Of a stretch of 32,000 bases of DNA, positions 29,689 to 32,000 are shown piece by piece. Origin of the DNA: Pseudoalteromonas translucida KMM 520 (GTDB lineage Bacteria; Pseudomonadota; Gammaproteobacteria; Enterobacterales; Alteromonadaceae); NCBI RefSeq assembly GCF_001465295.1, contig NZ_CP011034.1, forward strand, positions 2,370,001-2,402,000, written 5' to 3'. Position numbers and translations under genes: made by a program. Numbering within the stretch: the stretch's first letter is position 1; every line of letters starts with the position of its first letter. The notes below the pieces were generated by a model. The model had not been told where the DNA came from. It was given only the letters and a program-made list of their open reading frames with translations, and made no database searches.

Positions 29689-29706
29689 AGCGTACACTTG
29701 TACTCT
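29689..29706. promoter_or_regulatory. FabR-like palindromic operator upstream of fabB
   Basis: AGCGTACA-ct-TGTACTCT is an imperfect inverted repeat about 76-93 nt upstream of the fabB ATG. In fabB orientation it reads GTTCAGAGTACAAGTGTACGCTA. The E. coli fabB FabR site, as I recall it, reads GTTCAGCGTACACGTGTTAGCTA. Confidence 0.5.
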
Positions 29707-29794
29707 GAACTGCTAGCTTATAAATAACGCCAGACTATTTCAAAGAAAACACGTAAAATAATTAAAAAATTTCATCTCTAAAATTAAATGGGTC

Positions 29795-31804
29795 ATGATA
29801 AAAAACGCCAACATTCACTTTAACCACCAAGGCACGCCTGTTGCCAATGACTTCGATGATATTTATTATTCTGACGATAATGGCTTAGCTGAATCTTATT
29901 ATGTGTTTTATCAGCAAAACAATATAGACACACGGTTACAAAGTCATGACCAAGCACATTTTGTTATAGCCGAAACCGGTTTTGGCACTGGCCTTAACTT
30001 TTTAAATACATGCCAGCACTTTACTGACCACCTTGCACGCCAACAAGTTCAAAAACAACTAAACTATGGTGTAAAACGACTACACTTTATTGCCTTTGAA
30101 AAACACCCATTAAGTGTAAGCGACTTAAGCAAAATATTAACAGCATGGCCTGAACTTAATTTATTAAGTGAGCAGCTTATCAGCCAGTATCCCATTAATT
30201 TAGAAGGCTGCCATCGGCTTGAGTTTAATAATGGGACAATCGTGCTCGACCTATATTTTGGTGATGCACTGGAATCAATTAAAACAATGAGCTATCCGCG
30301 CTCAGGCATAGTAGATGCTTGGTTTTTAGATGGTTTTGCACCGAGTAAAAACCCTGACATGTGGCAACAAAGCCTGTTTAATGCCATGGTTAACATTTCA
30401 AAAGTAGGAGCCACCCTTGCTACCTTTACCGCTGCTGGCTTTGTTCGCCGTGGGTTAAGCGATGCAGGCTTTACCATGCAAAAAGTTAAAGGGTTCGCGC
30501 ACAAACGCAGCATGCTAATTGGCACATTAAAACACACTAACGATACGCAATCGGCGCCAAGCTACTTTAATCACGATGTTAGCCCGCTTAGTAATGTGGC
30601 GGTAATTGGTGGTGGTATTGCCAGCAGCTGTATTTTATACAGCCTAGCTAAGCGAGGTATTAGCAGCCAATTATTTTGCCAAGATGCAGCACCCGCTATG
30701 GGTGCATCGCACAACGTGCAAGGGGCGGTATACCCACATTTACAAGCAAAAAACTCTCCACACAGCGAGTTATTTGCGCATAGCTTTTTATATGCCAAAC
30801 GGCTTTATAAACAGTTACTCAATGATGGTTTTAGTTTTGATCATAGCTGGTGTGGTGTATTGCAGCATGCAGTAAAACAGCCACTCGCTGATCGCCATGA
30901 AAATTTAGCCCAACAGCAATTATGGCCACAAACATTAATGCGTAACGTAACCGCAGAGCAAGGAGATACTATAGCCGGAGTTACTACTGGTTATTCTGGC
31001 GTATATTTTGAACAAGGTGGCTGGGTAAACCCACCACAACTAGTTAATGCTATGTTGAGCGCCGCCCATTGTTTGTCGCCTTATAAAAGTACTTTTAACT
31101 GCCCTATAGAACAATTAGAAAAAACCAGCAACGGCTGGCTACTATTTAGTAACGGCAAACAGTTTGGCCCCTTTAGCGATGTTATTATATGCGCAGGTGA
31201 GCACAGCGATGCATTTGCACAAACCAAAGCATTGCCCATCGTTGGCGTGCGCGGACAAGTATCGCATGTGCAGGCAAGTGAGCAGTCAAAAAAACTAAAA
31301 ACGGTGTTGTGCCATAAAGGCTATTTTACACCCGCTTATTTAGATCATCATTGCATGGGCGCAACGTTTGAAAAAAACACTAAAAGCCGACAAATCACTG
31401 AGCAAGACAACCTTACAAATCGCGAGCAATTACTCAACTTTTACGGCCACTGTCACTTTGCAACTAGCTTAGGCAATATAACCGCGGCAAAAGCCGCAGT
31501 GCGCTGTAGCTTTATTGATCACTTACCTATGGCGGGAGAGTGGGCAGAGCAAAGCGATTACCTAACTGCCTTTGCTAATTTACGTTTAGGTAAACGCTAT
31601 CAGTACCAAGCCCTGAGTAAAAAACAACAAGGGCTACATATTTTCACCGGCTTTGGTGCACGTGCTTTATGCAGTGCGCCACTTTGCAGTGAACACTTAA
31701 TTAGCAGTTTAAGCAACGAGCCGCGCCCGCTCAGCGAGCGTGTAAGCCAAGCTATTCACCCAGCTCGTTTTATAGTGCGTGATTTAATTCGTAATAAAAT
31801 TTAA
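29795..31804 (+). CDS. mnmC: Bifunctional tRNA (mnm5s2U34) methyltransferase / FAD-dependent cmnm5s2U34 oxidoreductase
   Basis: 669 aa. The N-terminus is FNHQGTPVANDFDDIYYSDDNGLAES, followed by the SAM-MTase domain (DAWFLDGFAPSKNPDMW) and the FAD motif VIGGGIAS in the C-terminal DAO domain. It is divergent from fabB as in E. coli. Confidence 0.95.
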   Translation: MIKNANIHFNHQGTPVANDFDDIYYSDDNGLAESYYVFYQQNNIDTRLQSHDQAHFVIAETGFGTGLNFLNTCQHFTDHLARQQVQKQLNYGVKRLHFIAFEKHPLSVSDLSKILTAWPELNLLSEQLISQYPINLEGCHRLEFNNGTIVLDLYFGDALESIKTMSYPRSGIVDAWFLDGFAPSKNPDMWQQSLFNAMVNISKVGATLATFTAAGFVRRGLSDAGFTMQKVKGFAHKRSMLIGTLKHTNDTQSAPSYFNHDVSPLSNVAVIGGGIASSCILYSLAKRGISSQLFCQDAAPAMGASHNVQGAVYPHLQAKNSPHSELFAHSFLYAKRLYKQLLNDGFSFDHSWCGVLQHAVKQPLADRHENLAQQQLWPQTLMRNVTAEQGDTIAGVTTGYSGVYFEQGGWVNPPQLVNAMLSAAHCLSPYKSTFNCPIEQLEKTSNGWLLFSNGKQFGPFSDVIICAGEHSDAFAQTKALPIVGVRGQVSHVQASEQSKKLKTVLCHKGYFTPAYLDHHCMGATFEKNTKSRQITEQDNLTNREQLLNFYGHCHFATSLGNITAAKAAVRCSFIDHLPMAGEWAEQSDYLTAFANLRLGKRYQYQALSKKQQGLHIFTGFGARALCSAPLCSEHLISSLSNEPRPLSERVSQAIHPARFIVRDLIRNKI

Positions 31805-31883
31805 TCAGTTAGCTATACTTGAAAGGTATACCAACGGGTCACGATCTACTGTAAGCTGAAATAGCAAACAAATTTAGGAGTTA

Positions 31884-32000
31884 ATGATGAGTAAAACCTT
31901 AATTATTGGCGCTAGCGGGCAAATTGGTAAAATGACTACCGAGTTATTACTCCAGCATGAGCATAATGTAATCGCTTTAGTGCGCAATAAAAATAAACTA
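31884..32000 (+). CDS. NAD(P)-binding SDR/NmrA-like protein, first 39 codons (continues beyond the right edge)
   Basis: AGGAG at 31876..31880 is followed by ATGATG. The translation MMSKTLIIGASGQIGKMTTELLLQHEHNVIALVRNKNKL has the GxxGxxG Rossmann N-terminus typical of atypical SDRs. Confidence 0.6.
   Translation, partial: MMSKTLIIGASGQIGKMTTELLLQHEHNVIALVRNKNKL

Overview
This is a chromosomal core-genome segment from a visibly AT-rich gammaproteobacterium. Gene order and protein sequences look Alteromonadales or Pseudoalteromonas-like, but that is inference from memory with no search run. Almost everything is housekeeping, arranged in blocks syntenic with E. coli. On the minus strand: ppiD(partial)-hupB-lon-clpX-clpP-tig, then a five-gene tRNA operon (Pro-Arg-His-Pro-Pro). 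Next come folD (+), cysS (-), ppiB-lpxH (+), miaE (-) and a Yip1/YohC-like membrane protein (+). Then, on the minus strand: purF-cvpA-dedD-folC-accD-truA, a 1346-aa FimV/HubP-type polar landmark protein, asd, pdxB and fabB. The window ends with divergent mnmC (+) and the first 39 codons of an SDR/NmrA-like gene. The only accessory DNA is one intact 1423-bp IS4-family insertion sequence at 14059..15481. It sits exactly in the centre of a palindromic bidirectional terminator between the Yip1-like gene and purF, flanked by a 12-bp target duplication. I found no cluster resembling a defence, toxin-antitoxin, secretion, prophage or otherwise undescribed multi-gene system. Every ORF of 100 aa or more that is not an antisense shadow has a confident housekeeping assignment. 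The items worth a second look are modest: the IS insertion architecture, the two-period acidic tandem-repeat array inside fimV/hubP, the amplified tRNA-Pro, and several recognisable regulatory sites (sigma-32 promoter of lon, stable-RNA promoter, FabR-like operator at fabB). All protein identifications rest on my recollection of E. coli, Salmonella or Vibrio orthologues and on motifs visible in the translations. No database search was possible.
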